A stretch of 63,810 nt of DNA, filler included, from Collodictyon triciliatum (taxonomy: Eukaryota): the NCBI GenBank assembly GCA_043381765.1. It is 3 parts of 3 records of this genome, joined end to end, with 100 filler letters (N's around TTAATTAATTAA, not from the genome) between each part and the next. Parts side by side here need not be neighbours in the genome. Positions count along the whole stretch, not along the records: positions 23,757 to 47,282 come from JBHJMP010001116.1; 2 more parts are not named here. The stretch is one strand, 5' to 3'. Both the position numbers and the translations under genes were made by a program. Under the pieces are notes generated by a model, which worked only from the letters and a program-made list of their open reading frames with translations, had not been told where the DNA came from and did no database searches. Every line of letters starts with the position of its first letter. The first letter of the stretch is position 1. Below are positions 26,447 through 44,008 of this stretch, piece after piece.

Positions 26447-28120
26447 ATGTCAGGGATAAGCAGGGAGCTGCGCATCCGCTTTGGCTTGATCGGAGTTATG
26501 TCCACGGCCACTGTCTACACAAATATGCTCATTGTAATCGAAGGGCTTCTTGGAACCGGGTTTGGCGATGAAGATCACTCGAGACTGTATTGGTACTTGG
26601 GTGTTATTCCGGCAAAGGTTGCTTATTGTTTTCTTGTTTCCCTTATTATTTCATATTATTCCATATTCCATCTCTGCTACGCCCTGCTGCAGACGGTGTT
26701 CTTTTCGCCTCTTCTATCTTGTTCTTGATGGCATCCAAGATTTCATTTTAATTATCTCACTCGTATATTCTCCTCGCATAAAGCTCTTCTTAAATTATTC
26801 TGTGCTGTTGCTCGAGGAGAACAGAGATAACAAACGATTGTATGGTTGTTTGATTCCATTCCAACTTCATTATATTTATGACGTGTATCTCTCCCTAAAA
26901 AGAGACCGAAAAACTGACTCTATGCAGGTTAAATTATTTTTATTTTACTCCATTTTAGCAAATAGAAAAAGAGGAAAAAGACACAATTATGTACATGAAT
27001 ATCCACCGTAATATATGATGTTCTATCATTTGTTTTGATGTATCAAAAATTAAAACGATTTCATTAGGTCAGTCGATTTCTGCTTGTAGCATTCGAATGT
27101 GTCCCATTAACCTTGATTAACACTTACCTTGCCATCGAAAATGACGAGCTTTCTGCTAGGCGATTTGCGTCTATTTGCCTCTCTATCCTTACCATAGCAT
27201 TTGTGATCTCAGAGATTGAGCCATCACCACAATATGAAAGTGGCTATCGTTACTACATAAGCTTCTGCTATCGAATCGCAGAGGTAACCTTCTGAATAAT
27301 GTTTTTTTTCTTTCTTTTTATTTTTCAATTTATATATTGGAGAGTCCTTTATCGTTTTCTTCACCTATTCCAAACAAGTCCTCTTTACTCATTTCTTGAA
27401 AAAAAAAAAAAAAGAAAGAAAGAAAGAAAGAGAAGAAAAGCTATATACACACACACATCAAAATCGCTATATTAGGTTACTGTTTTTATATGTGTGACCT
27501 CACTATTTGCGGCCGAAGTTGGGTCTTATGTTTATGTGGCTTTGTCCATTCGATACTTGATTTTGGTGGGGTTCTCGATTACAAACCAAAAGGATGAATG
27601 GATGGAATCCAAATGGATCGAAACGCTTGCCGCTTTATTCTTTTGCTTCTGTGATGTCGGCTTGGTTCTTTGGACGGCAAAGCTCAGTAATCTCAACGAC
27701 CCTTCCATCCGTGAAAACTACTTTGTAATATACCGTTCATCCATTCGTTCGTTTTTGAAGGCTTTGCTCCTCCAAGATAGCTTCAACATCTGTATGTTCT
27801 GCCTGGGGTATTTTCTCGCCGAGAACATCGATTCGGACGTGGATACGTACCTTGTCACGCCTTTAATTGCAGCATTCATAGCCCAGCATTTCTCTATTGC
27901 CCTTGCGATTTTCATGCACCCGACTGTCCCACTCTTTGTGGAGGTGGAGCAAAACAGATACACAGCTTTTGATGATGTAATTTTACACATTATCCCTGTT
28001 GCACATTTAACACATTCGAACACCATTTATTTGCTCATTTCTTCTTTCTTTCTTTTTTTTTTTTTTAATGCGAAAAAGTATATACTGAGATTGGATGTAC
28101 AAGCAGCACATAGATTCTGA
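26447..28120 (+). CDS. Multi-pass membrane protein, XK-related (Xkr-like); exon structure approximate
   Basis: Hydrophobic exons with SRFLLVAFECVPLTLINTY (cf. XK E-S-x-P-Q-L), SICLSILTIAF and FCYRIAEV (cf. XK F-L-W-R-x-x-E). Confidence 0.5.
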
Positions 28121-28507
28121 ATTCAAGTCCTCCGTGCTGTAAATCTTAAACACCTCACTCATTACATAAAAATCCATGCAGGGTGCGGATACCTGGCGCT
28201 GGTCGAACGGCAGCGCGACACCTTTGCAGACAAACACGTTCAATTGATACCTGTTAAAGAAATTAGATCTACCTAAAGTGGAATAAATATATATCCCTAT
28301 CAGACAAAACGCTTTGCCTAATATAGCCATTTTCACCGGATGTTCTGTCTGGGCAACCCACCAACCCGCGCAAATCACCGCACAGAGTACAAGTTACACG
28401 CCACCAATCATTTCAATTTTTTTTTCCCTGTCGGAGGCAAAGATAAAAGCTTTATTGCTCGTATTCAATTCTCTCTCTCTCTCTCTTTTTTTTTTTTTAC
28501 CCCAACA

Positions 28508-35053
<6,546 letters not shown>

Positions 35054-35470
35054 ACTCTACCTGAATTCTTCACACACACAAAAATGCATATAAACCATAC
35101 TGCGTGTAGCTGCAAGCGGAACAAAATTTTTTTTCCATGTGCGCCGTCTTGACTTTCTTGTTCTTGTTCTTAATTGCTGTAATTATTATTACTTTGAATT
35201 GAATAAAGGAAATCATCATCATTATTATTAATTATTATTTTATGGATAAGTCCATTCTTGTTCGCTCTAGCAAGTATTCTCTGTCACGGACAATATCTGT
35301 GATAACGTGCCCTTCGTTGGGAGAGTGGGATGCGTAAGATACATGGGACATATATATAAAGCATTCACCTTTCCCATATTTAATAGATGTGGTCTGTTCT
35401 GTGTTTGCAGTATGTTGTTCAGTGTCTCTGTTTATTTGTGTTTGTTTGTTTTTTTTCTCCCGCTTTGTCA

Positions 35471-38400
35471 CTATTTCTGCATTTGAACTTTCAGCAAGCG
35501 GAATCGTGACCCCAAGTCACCCTCGTCGCCACCCTGTTCACCTCCGCGTTGAAGTTTGCGAAGCAGCAAGTCTATGTCGATGCCATCTCTGAATCCTTCC
35601 TGATACAAATCTGCAAGTGCCGCAAACGCTCCGGCCACTCCCCCTGTCATGGCAGACTTGTGGTAGTAACGAACAGCCGTCTGAATATCCTGTCTGCAGC
35701 CAATCCCGCGATGCAGAAACCGCGCATAATGATACCACGCGATTGGTTCACTCAACCCAGAGATGGCTTTTACCCACACAAAGGCTTTCTTTTCATCTTG
35801 GGACACCCCGACACCATTCTCCAAGCGCAACATGTATTGCAACTTGGCCTCAAAATGTCCCATAAGGGCACTTTGTCGGTACATTTCAGTGGACTTTCCA
35901 GGCGAGTCAGAAACCAAAAGTTCAGCTAGTTTGAAAGAAGCATACGGATTTCCATTCTCCCCAGAGTCTAGCAACAGCTTTCGTCCATGTGCCAAGGTAG
36001 ATTGGGTTGCATCCCTTCGGTCTATCAACAACAAAGCCAACCGATACATTGCAAAAACATGACCTCTGTCAGCAGCAAGACGGAAACAATTTTTGGGGTC
36101 TTCGTAGTCCGGGTCCAGACTTTGACCACTAGCGAGCACATCTCCAAGTATGTACGCTGCTGGAAGGCAACCTTCCTGGATGGCCTTCTTGAGTCCAGAT
36201 AAGTTTGGCGCAGTCATCCGGTCATATTGTTTGTGTAATTCATACTCGATTACCCACAAAAATGCGGCCATTTTGGAATCATGATTGGGTCTCGGAAACT
36301 CTGAAAATATATTTGTGCAAGAGACAACGTCAGCCTTTGAAACTTGAGATAGGCGCATTTCGATGTCGCGCAGCCTATCTTGTTCAAGCCCTGTCTCTTC
36401 ATTAAGTTCTTTTTTTAGGAACAATTTTGGTGATTGAAAGTATATTTGACGGAGAGCAATCAAGGACGGGATGAAACTGGGCTTGTGTTCCACGGATTGT
36501 TGAAAATTTTTTTGAGCTTCTGTGATATTGTCTGATGCGTAATGGTGTAACCCAAGAGCAAAAAGACGTAAGTAGATGTTTCCATCCACTAATTTTTTGT
36601 AATGTAGCAATCGGATGTCGATATCATGTCCTTTCATGAATAATTCATAGCTCTGCGTAAAGTTTTGTTGTACTCCACGGCCCATGTAGAGCGCCTCTGA
36701 TAAGACAAAATGACCAAGTGGAAATTGAAAATGAATGGCTTCTTTCAAAACATCCACACCTTTCTTTTGTTTTCCAACATCGAATGACTTTGATAGCAAA
36801 ACTCCATAATAAACCTTAGCTAAGGCATGCTCCTCCTTAGCAGCACTCTCAAATAGATCTATCAAATCCAGGGAGTAGGTTTGGTTCATACCTTTTTCTT
36901 TACAAAGTTCTGTGAAAAAGTAACCCACTTTAAAATCAACGAGCGGATGTACTTTTCTTTTGATATCATCAAAGAGAAGCTTAGCCTCCTCAATTGCACA
37001 GTTGACCCATACAAGTTGCTCTATTTTGAGGATGCGACTAATCATTCCAAAAAGGGATGGGCTTTCTGAATCTTCTCTCATCAAGTCATCCAGCAATCTT
37101 GCTACCCATATTTTGTCGCTATGGTGTGTCAAGCGAGCCTTCTCTCGTAGTGCCTCCAGGTATTGGTGTGGGTTACCGCTCGAATATTGTGGATCTGCTT
37201 CTATCACAACCATTTGGATGATAGCTGAAAACAAATAGTTTTGTGGTGTTTTTGAAAGATGTTCCAATTCTTTGTTTACTTTGAAGTATCTTTTGTTCAC
37301 CAGATGGTTGATAATGCTCAAGTATGGGAAATAAGGATCTGTCAAAATGGTTCTCATGTGTTGGTCTGCAGCTTTGTCTCCTTTTCTTTGCAGCTGTCCA
37401 AGTATGCCCATTGCCTTCTCAATGTCTCGGCCAGTTCCCAACCCTTTCAAAAGACATTGTGCTTGCTCAAATATATATTCTCCCATCCCGTTTTCGACAA
37501 TATGTTTTATATATTGATATCCTGTGCGCCTATATTCCACACTGTCGCTGTTTATCTTTGTTAAAGCCAAATAACGACATGCTGGTACATAACTTTTCTG
37601 AGCAGATATTTCCATCCACTCGCCAAGGTTGCATTCAGAGAGCAATAAGCCGTATCTAAAGCATCTTTCGTTGTATATTTGATATCCTTCAAATTGATGA
37701 CTGCCTGATAGTCCTGCTAATGCGCATTCATACATAGCCCCTTCATGTCCTAGCTTTGCTGCCTTCAAGCACAGGTCAAATGAGCTATGTATAAATTCGT
37801 CGTCAGGGCCATATGATACACAGCATTCGTATAACGCTACAGCTACATTTGCATTTGCAGCCTCTTCCAGATATTTGAAAGCCAGCTCTTGGTGGATATT
37901 GATTGTTCCGCCTTGCCATAAAGTATAAGCGATGTACTTTGCAAAAGGTTCGCCACGGTCTGCACAGTCAACCAAGATTTTCCCATAGTCAGATGTTGAC
38001 AGAGATGACTTCCCGTTTACAGGCGCATGCATTACCAAGAGTGCATATATGGTATTCACGCGGCTGATGTAGCCGTCGTTGCTGTTTTCGTGGCGTGTTG
38101 TGTCTTGATAAAATTTCTCGCATATTCCGAAACTTAGGGCTGTACAAAACCCTACTTTTTTCAGCAACGAATCGCAAGCATGGCGGAAGCCCTCCTGCTC
38201 CGACAAGAGAATGGGAGCTTCTTGGTACATAGCCCACAGGGTCATAATGACCATGGGATTCAGGTTGCGAAACTCAATCCAGAGGCGAGCGATACGATAA
38301 GCATCAGGGTAGTCACGTTTGGTGTATGCGAGCATAAGTTTAACGAGTCCTTTTTCCTCGTTCTCTATCTCCTTAAGAGTTGTAATAGCGGGTTTATAAT

Positions 38401-41400
38401 CCCTATGGATGAGTTCGACAAGAATTGAGACTGCCTCATAGCACTTCTGCTTTCCATCTCTTCCATAGAGCAGGGACTCACTTGTTCTAAATAGTCTCGA
38501 ATCTGAAGTCTGTGAATTTTTTTGAGAATTAATAGGTGTTCTTTGCGGTTCATTTGCTGATTTTTCGTATGACAGGGCCACTGGTTTATTCGCTTTTTCG
38601 TCGCTCCCTGCCTTTTCTCTATCATTTTGCCTATGATGCTCTCCTGAGATGCGTTCTAAGATATCTGCAAACTGGTCTATGAACGATTTGATATCACTTG
38701 TATTGAAATCCACCTCTGGTATTTTTAAAAGTGGACTAGAGATGCGACGAAGGCATTCTTCCGCTCGTTCTTTAGATGGGGAAACACCAATGCCATGATG
38801 GTAATGCCAAGCTAATCGCACCAATGCTTTTGGTTTTGTTGACAAACTTGACATCTCTAAAAGAATGATCTTTGGTATAAGTCCGAGACTTGAGTATAGT
38901 TCCTCGAAATTTCTTGATATTTCATCGATATATTTCTGGTTATCCCCACTTAAACAGTAAATAAATGGAAAAGCTTTCACTAAGCGGGCTTCATCAGTAG
39001 TGTTTGATAATATTGATTCGATTTTATCTGGTAAACCATTTAACAAATGAGTGCGCATTAATTTTTGGAATAATGGAATTTTTTCCTTGGATAGGCAATA
39101 GAATATTTTACCACTGTACTTCCATATTTTTTCTAACAAATTTTCATTCTGGTGATGAATTTCCAAGCAGTAGGATAAAATGTCCAATATTCGACCACAC
39201 GTTTCTCCTGACAGAGGCTTCTTTAGTAATATATCCATGTGCGCGCAGCATGCAAAAGGATGTCCTGTTGTGACCAGATACTGTAGGTACATTTGGTAAT
39301 CAGCAGGAGAAAGTTGATTGCACGATTTTTCGAAATACTTTCCCAGCTTCTGAGCAGACAGCACTATACCAAGTTTGTGGGATTCGTAAAGACACTTGAA
39401 GGAGTTTTCCAGGTCGAAAGTTATGTAATTGCCTTTATAAAGTGATAGACCGTGATAGTATAATGCTACTGGTATATTGAAATACGCACCAACTTTGTAT
39501 AATTCGCATAGTTCAACGCCTCTAATTAGCCATAAATCATTTTTTTCATGCAACATACCACTGGTACCAAGATCAGACTCAATTAGAGATTTAATTAAAG
39601 AGGTAAAATTTTTCATAAAATATGACAGAATCCTGGGGTAACTACAACACAGACCTAATTTAATAAGCTTCCATTTTTCTGAGGGCTTACTACTGTAATT
39701 TTGTATGGAACAGATCAATTTTTGTTCAAAAGATATACTCCTGTCTTCATTAGGGTCCTCTCCAACTAACTGATATAGATCAGATGGAATGTCCTTTATC
39801 ATAATGTCTTTAGATTTTCGATTCATTCCTCTAGTAAGTTCTGATGTACTAGTTGGTTCATCGGCTTTGATGGCCAAATTTTTTTCAAAAAATAATTTTA
39901 GATGATACACGCTGGCCAAAGAGGAATCAACTTTTTCCAATAAGCCAGTAATAGTTGACAAAATATCTTGCGTAGCAAAAGGATAAATATTCAAGGCCAG
40001 CACAACAAGTTTTTCTGGTGTGATTGTGGAAAGTAAAGAGAATTTGAATTTGTTGCTGTATTTTGAAACCAAAATACCAACCTTTTTGCAGCCGATAGAA
40101 AGATTTTCACTCAGTAATTTGAAGGCTTCGAGATGGTGATTGTCGCAAAAGAAATTATCAGCCAAGTCGATATTTGCTTCCACAACATTAAACTTTCTAA
40201 TAGACTCTAAAAATCTTGTTGGAACATGATGGACTCCGAGGGCTTCTCTATAAAGGATGTAGACACTAGAATTCATCACTTTACTGTTGCTTGGACTTAC
40301 ATGGTCAAAAAGAGAGATGACCCCTTCATGCAATCTATCAACGTCGTGATTTATCTCCGCCGACTTGTCATTCATCAAATCGATGAATCCAAATATTACT
40401 CCATTTCTTGCACAAAGCGAAATGTAATCATACAGCAAGTGCGAAGGGATTATACATTTTAACTTTTCATAGTTTTCCAACAAAAATTGAAACAGCTTTT
40501 CGTGTTCCAGCTTGTAGTTATTAACGAAATTTTTCCAATGTATTAAATGTGTCTCCTGAAAAATGACTCCAAACCGATTTTCTTCCAAAAGAACATTAAG
40601 GTATCTATACGAACTTATGGGATTCCCAACCGCACTACCAAATTCGTAAAATTTTACAATGAGGTGTCTATCATTCCATGATTTTGATGCTAGTTCGAAT
40701 TTATCAAAGTGTTGGATGAATAACTTTCTGGCTTTTTGTTGAAACATTTTCTCAATACCTATTATCCAGATGAAGCATTTAGTCACATCCAAGTCGCTCC
40801 TCATTAAGGCAGTTTCTGCGGCCATTAGCTGACAGTTTGGATCGCCTTTATCAGCAAAGAATTCAAGGTAATATATTTTTTCATCTTCGGGGAGGAACTT
40901 TGAGACTGACGGATAATGGGCCAGGAGCTCAGATAGAGCTGGAGTATAAAGACCTTCGACACATTTTTTAAGAAGGGATAATGCTACCACTTTCTCTGCA
41001 GGTGTATTTGATATAGTGAGGTAATACAAGGCCAAATAATAGGAGGCATGTAAATCCCCACTCGATGCAAGGTCACTTAGGAGTGGGAGATTCTCTAGGG
41101 AGCCCTTTTTTATGGACTCCCAAAATGACTCGGCAAGCGATTGGCCAGCACTAATGGCCTTGATTGGCAATACCCCACGAGGGTGAGACAAATCCGTGGA
41201 CGTATATGACGGGTGAGTTTTTATGTATGATTTCCAAAGTTTTCCATATGTAGGGCTCTTTGGTATGGTTTCTCCTTTCTCAAAGATAACAATCAATTTG
41301 CATTGGGCATCATAATATTTTTGTAACGCAGCCAACTGAAGAAGTTCGATTCCTCGAATACGCTTATCTAATTTATATTCATGGCTAGAGTGTAAGCACC

Positions 41401-43246
41401 GCCCATACAGCTCCTGGTGTATTGGGCTCCCAGATAACACTGCCTTTTCTAAATCTTCTATTTGAGATGAGGATAGGATAATGGAATCGTACTTTTTATA
41501 TTTTGCTTGCAAATAGTATGCATAAGGCTCCTCTCCTTCGATTCCAGCTCTGAGATAGGATTCTGCGCTCTTTAGATCAGAATCTGAGCTGGCATTCATA
41601 TAAAATTCTGCCATTCGAGTGTTTGAATGAGGGCTAATGAATATTCCAAGATTATACAACGATAAAGCTTTTTGAATATCCTGTTTTGTGCCATAACCTT
41701 TCATATAGCACCCCGCTAAAATATTTGTAAAGAATATAATCCCATGCTGACTTGCCCTCTCGTATGCTTCCAGATAATTTGACATTGAAGATTCATTAAT
41801 ATCGTCAAAAAAAGCTTTGAAGGCTTCAAGGGTATATATCCATGGTTCTGATCCACTGATATCCTTTGCATGCTTCATGGCTTGCATAAACTCTTCTTTT
41901 TCGCTGTAACTAGATGAACGAATTTTATCATATAACTCTCTGTAAATGTCTTTATCAAATGGATGCTTCATTACACTCGGAAACTCTGTGTAGACGAATA
42001 TTCGCAGCAGACATTGAAATATGATGTTGTATTTTTGTATCGGTGTTAAGAAAATGTAATTAGAAAAATCAAAGTGTGTCATCATTCGTCCTTTTCCTAA
42101 TGGTCTATTATAGTGCTGGTGTATTCTATTACACATAAACACAGCATGAAAAGAGCACCACTTTGAGATTTGTTGCGAAGAAATTAGAGTACCCGTTATG
42201 ATGCGTGCTTGATCTGCTTGGAATAGCATATTGGTTACATAACTCCGCAATATTTCGATATCCGATACTCTTTTTTCTCTATCGAATCCGAATATATCTA
42301 GCATGTAACATAGCTCATCATATGTAAGTATCTTGATGAAACTAGATAGGTCTGCTTGATCGGGATTTGAGGAAAAGTTACTTGTTATGCTATGTATAGA
42401 TAACTGAGTCCTTGTACCCGAAATGTACTCCTCCAACCATTGCAAGATGTAATGGGATGCAGAGAAGAGGTTACTATTCTCCCTCCAGCACATCTGTATG
42501 AAATTTGAAATGGTTTTGGGTGAATCGAATGGAATGCACCATTTTGCAGAGTCAAAAGATGTCATATTGAAGGGGTATTGGTGTTTGGTGTTCCATCCAG
42601 ATGTGTTTCCTGTAAGTAAAACCCAGGCGATACAACCCAATCTTTTAGTATATTCATGGTCAGAATCTTTGTAAATGTTGGCTTCATACCGCTCCCGTGA
42701 ATGGTGACTACACTTATCACTTTCAATAAGTGGGTAAAAGTCTTGGGATCGATCAATATCGCCTAAATAGATGGTGTTGTTCACTATATGAAGGTCTTCT
42801 ATGCCTATTTTCACATATGACATATTTTTCTGCTTGAGAACTGTAAATCCTTTAGCAACGGTAGAAAGGACATTCCAATATTCGTGCATTTTGTTTTTAT
42901 AATATGTTGTATTCAGATGGAGAAGCCTGGAGATATTCGGCACTAGATCGCAATGATAGGTAAGCGTCCACGATTCAAGCTCTGTGTTTGTAACTTTTGG
43001 CTTGTTAAAAAGTGCATCTGGTAGCTGTTTGATAAGAGAAAGTCTGGACTCCAAAGAGTAATTTTCAAGGTACAAATCTCGAGCCCTCGTGTGAAATCTC
43101 TTTTCAATCAATAGTGATTCATCTACAACTCTTTCAGAGACTCCAGTGTAATAGAACTTGGATGCACTAATTTCAAGGCCGATCATGACAAAAGGGTTGA
43201 TGAAGTACCTTACATATTTCAAAACATTAGTGGAGGCCAAATACAA
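35471..43246 (-). CDS. Giant pseudokinase + SEL1/TPR-like repeat protein; single 7.8-kb exon (2591 codons) with probable short upstream exon(s)
   Basis: Uninterrupted ORF beginning immediately after a TAG acceptor (first codon TTG). N-terminal kinase C-lobe remnants (YLGDIDRS, LGCIAWVLLTG, IPFDSPKTISNFIQMCW). Many SEL1 motifs (CYMKGYGTKQDIQKA, LENGVGVSQDEKKAF, LHRGIGCRQDIQTA). Confidence 0.85.
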   Translation of the reverse strand: MYLASTNVLKYVRYFINPFVMIGLEISASKFYYTGVSERVVDESLLIEKRFHTRARDLYLENYSLESRLSLIKQLPDALFNKPKVTNTELESWTLTYHCDLVPNISRLLHLNTTYYKNKMHEYWNVLSTVAKGFTVLKQKNMSYVKIGIEDLHIVNNTIYLGDIDRSQDFYPLIESDKCSHHSRERYEANIYKDSDHEYTKRLGCIAWVLLTGNTSGWNTKHQYPFNMTSFDSAKWCIPFDSPKTISNFIQMCWRENSNLFSASHYILQWLEEYISGTRTQLSIHSITSNFSSNPDQADLSSFIKILTYDELCYMLDIFGFDREKRVSDIEILRSYVTNMLFQADQARIITGTLISSQQISKWCSFHAVFMCNRIHQHYNRPLGKGRMMTHFDFSNYIFLTPIQKYNIIFQCLLRIFVYTEFPSVMKHPFDKDIYRELYDKIRSSSYSEKEEFMQAMKHAKDISGSEPWIYTLEAFKAFFDDINESSMSNYLEAYERASQHGIIFFTNILAGCYMKGYGTKQDIQKALSLYNLGIFISPHSNTRMAEFYMNASSDSDLKSAESYLRAGIEGEEPYAYYLQAKYKKYDSIILSSSQIEDLEKAVLSGSPIHQELYGRCLHSSHEYKLDKRIRGIELLQLAALQKYYDAQCKLIVIFEKGETIPKSPTYGKLWKSYIKTHPSYTSTDLSHPRGVLPIKAISAGQSLAESFWESIKKGSLENLPLLSDLASSGDLHASYYLALYYLTISNTPAEKVVALSLLKKCVEGLYTPALSELLAHYPSVSKFLPEDEKIYYLEFFADKGDPNCQLMAAETALMRSDLDVTKCFIWIIGIEKMFQQKARKLFIQHFDKFELASKSWNDRHLIVKFYEFGSAVGNPISSYRYLNVLLEENRFGVIFQETHLIHWKNFVNNYKLEHEKLFQFLLENYEKLKCIIPSHLLYDYISLCARNGVIFGFIDLMNDKSAEINHDVDRLHEGVISLFDHVSPSNSKVMNSSVYILYREALGVHHVPTRFLESIRKFNVVEANIDLADNFFCDNHHLEAFKLLSENLSIGCKKVGILVSKYSNKFKFSLLSTITPEKLVVLALNIYPFATQDILSTITGLLEKVDSSLASVYHLKLFFEKNLAIKADEPTSTSELTRGMNRKSKDIMIKDIPSDLYQLVGEDPNEDRSISFEQKLICSIQNYSSKPSEKWKLIKLGLCCSYPRILSYFMKNFTSLIKSLIESDLGTSGMLHEKNDLWLIRGVELCELYKVGAYFNIPVALYYHGLSLYKGNYITFDLENSFKCLYESHKLGIVLSAQKLGKYFEKSCNQLSPADYQMYLQYLVTTGHPFACCAHMDILLKKPLSGETCGRILDILSYCLEIHHQNENLLEKIWKYSGKIFYCLSKEKIPLFQKLMRTHLLNGLPDKIESILSNTTDEARLVKAFPFIYCLSGDNQKYIDEISRNFEELYSSLGLIPKIILLEMSSLSTKPKALVRLAWHYHHGIGVSPSKERAEECLRRISSPLLKIPEVDFNTSDIKSFIDQFADILERISGEHHRQNDREKAGSDEKANKPVALSYEKSANEPQRTPINSQKNSQTSDSRLFRTSESLLYGRDGKQKCYEAVSILVELIHRDYKPAITTLKEIENEEKGLVKLMLAYTKRDYPDAYRIARLWIEFRNLNPMVIMTLWAMYQEAPILLSEQEGFRHACDSLLKKVGFCTALSFGICEKFYQDTTRHENSNDGYISRVNTIYALLVMHAPVNGKSSLSTSDYGKILVDCADRGEPFAKYIAYTLWQGGTINIHQELAFKYLEEAANANVAVALYECCVSYGPDDEFIHSSFDLCLKAAKLGHEGAMYECALAGLSGSHQFEGYQIYNERCFRYGLLLSECNLGEWMEISAQKSYVPACRYLALTKINSDSVEYRRTGYQYIKHIVENGMGEYIFEQAQCLLKGLGTGRDIEKAMGILGQLQRKGDKAADQHMRTILTDPYFPYLSIINHLVNKRYFKVNKELEHLSKTPQNYLFSAIIQMVVIEADPQYSSGNPHQYLEALREKARLTHHSDKIWVARLLDDLMREDSESPSLFGMISRILKIEQLVWVNCAIEEAKLLFDDIKRKVHPLVDFKVGYFFTELCKEKGMNQTYSLDLIDLFESAAKEEHALAKVYYGVLLSKSFDVGKQKKGVDVLKEAIHFQFPLGHFVLSEALYMGRGVQQNFTQSYELFMKGHDIDIRLLHYKKLVDGNIYLRLFALGLHHYASDNITEAQKNFQQSVEHKPSFIPSLIALRQIYFQSPKLFLKKELNEETGLEQDRLRDIEMRLSQVSKADVVSCTNIFSEFPRPNHDSKMAAFLWVIEYELHKQYDRMTAPNLSGLKKAIQEGCLPAAYILGDVLASGQSLDPDYEDPKNCFRLAADRGHVFAMYRLALLLIDRRDATQSTLAHGRKLLLDSGENGNPYASFKLAELLVSDSPGKSTEMYRQSALMGHFEAKLQYMLRLENGVGVSQDEKKAFVWVKAISGLSEPIAWYHYARFLHRGIGCRQDIQTAVRYYHKSAMTGGVAGAFAALADLYQEGFRDGIDIDLLLRKLQRGGEQGGDEGDLGSRFRLLKVQMQK

Positions 43247-44008
43247 CTATCTTTTTTTTTTTTATCTATTTTACTTAATAAATAGACAACTTATTGAAAA
43301 TGTATTGTGGCCATAAAAAAAACTATGAACATGTAATGGCCTTGACAAAAGAACTGAAAATAAAAAGTAGACGATGCAAATATTTGAGATTTGATCCAGC
43401 CTAAGATGTGCGGAGAAAGAACATAGATTTTCTGAGGAACTTTACAGACGAGGTGAATGACAAAAAGTAAATGCACCGGGTGGGTCGCCCTCCCTCATAG
43501 AATCATTTTTAGGGCTGCGAAGGAGAAAAAACGATCTTTGCAAGCGTAATAAAATAGTAATTACGAAGATGAATCACAGAAGAAAATGAGAGAGGGAATG
43601 AATGAAAAAGTAAGAAGATTATAACTGTAGAAAAAAGAAAAAAGAAAATAAAAGGGAAGGAAAGGAAGGGAAAGGGCAAAAGACAGAGGCGAAGGAAGAA
43701 ACGAATGTGATTGTCTGCTGTGGTCGGTTCAATCAACACAGGGCTGGCTTGTGAAGTTTGCTTGAGCTAATTCATGGAAATATACCAATACTGGAATTTA
43801 GGCTAAGGGAAGAGGCTCAGTCCCTTAGAAGTCAAGGTTGCAAGGCAACGAATGAATCGAATAAAGGAAAAAAAATAGTCGCAAGGCAACACAACATCCC
43901 TTCGTTTTTTTTTGGGTCTTGCATTTCTTTTTCAAAAAAAAATATATGATGTAGCTTATGCATTTCATTTTTATCGGAGTATTTTTTTTCTTTTTATTAC
44001 CGGTCCAA

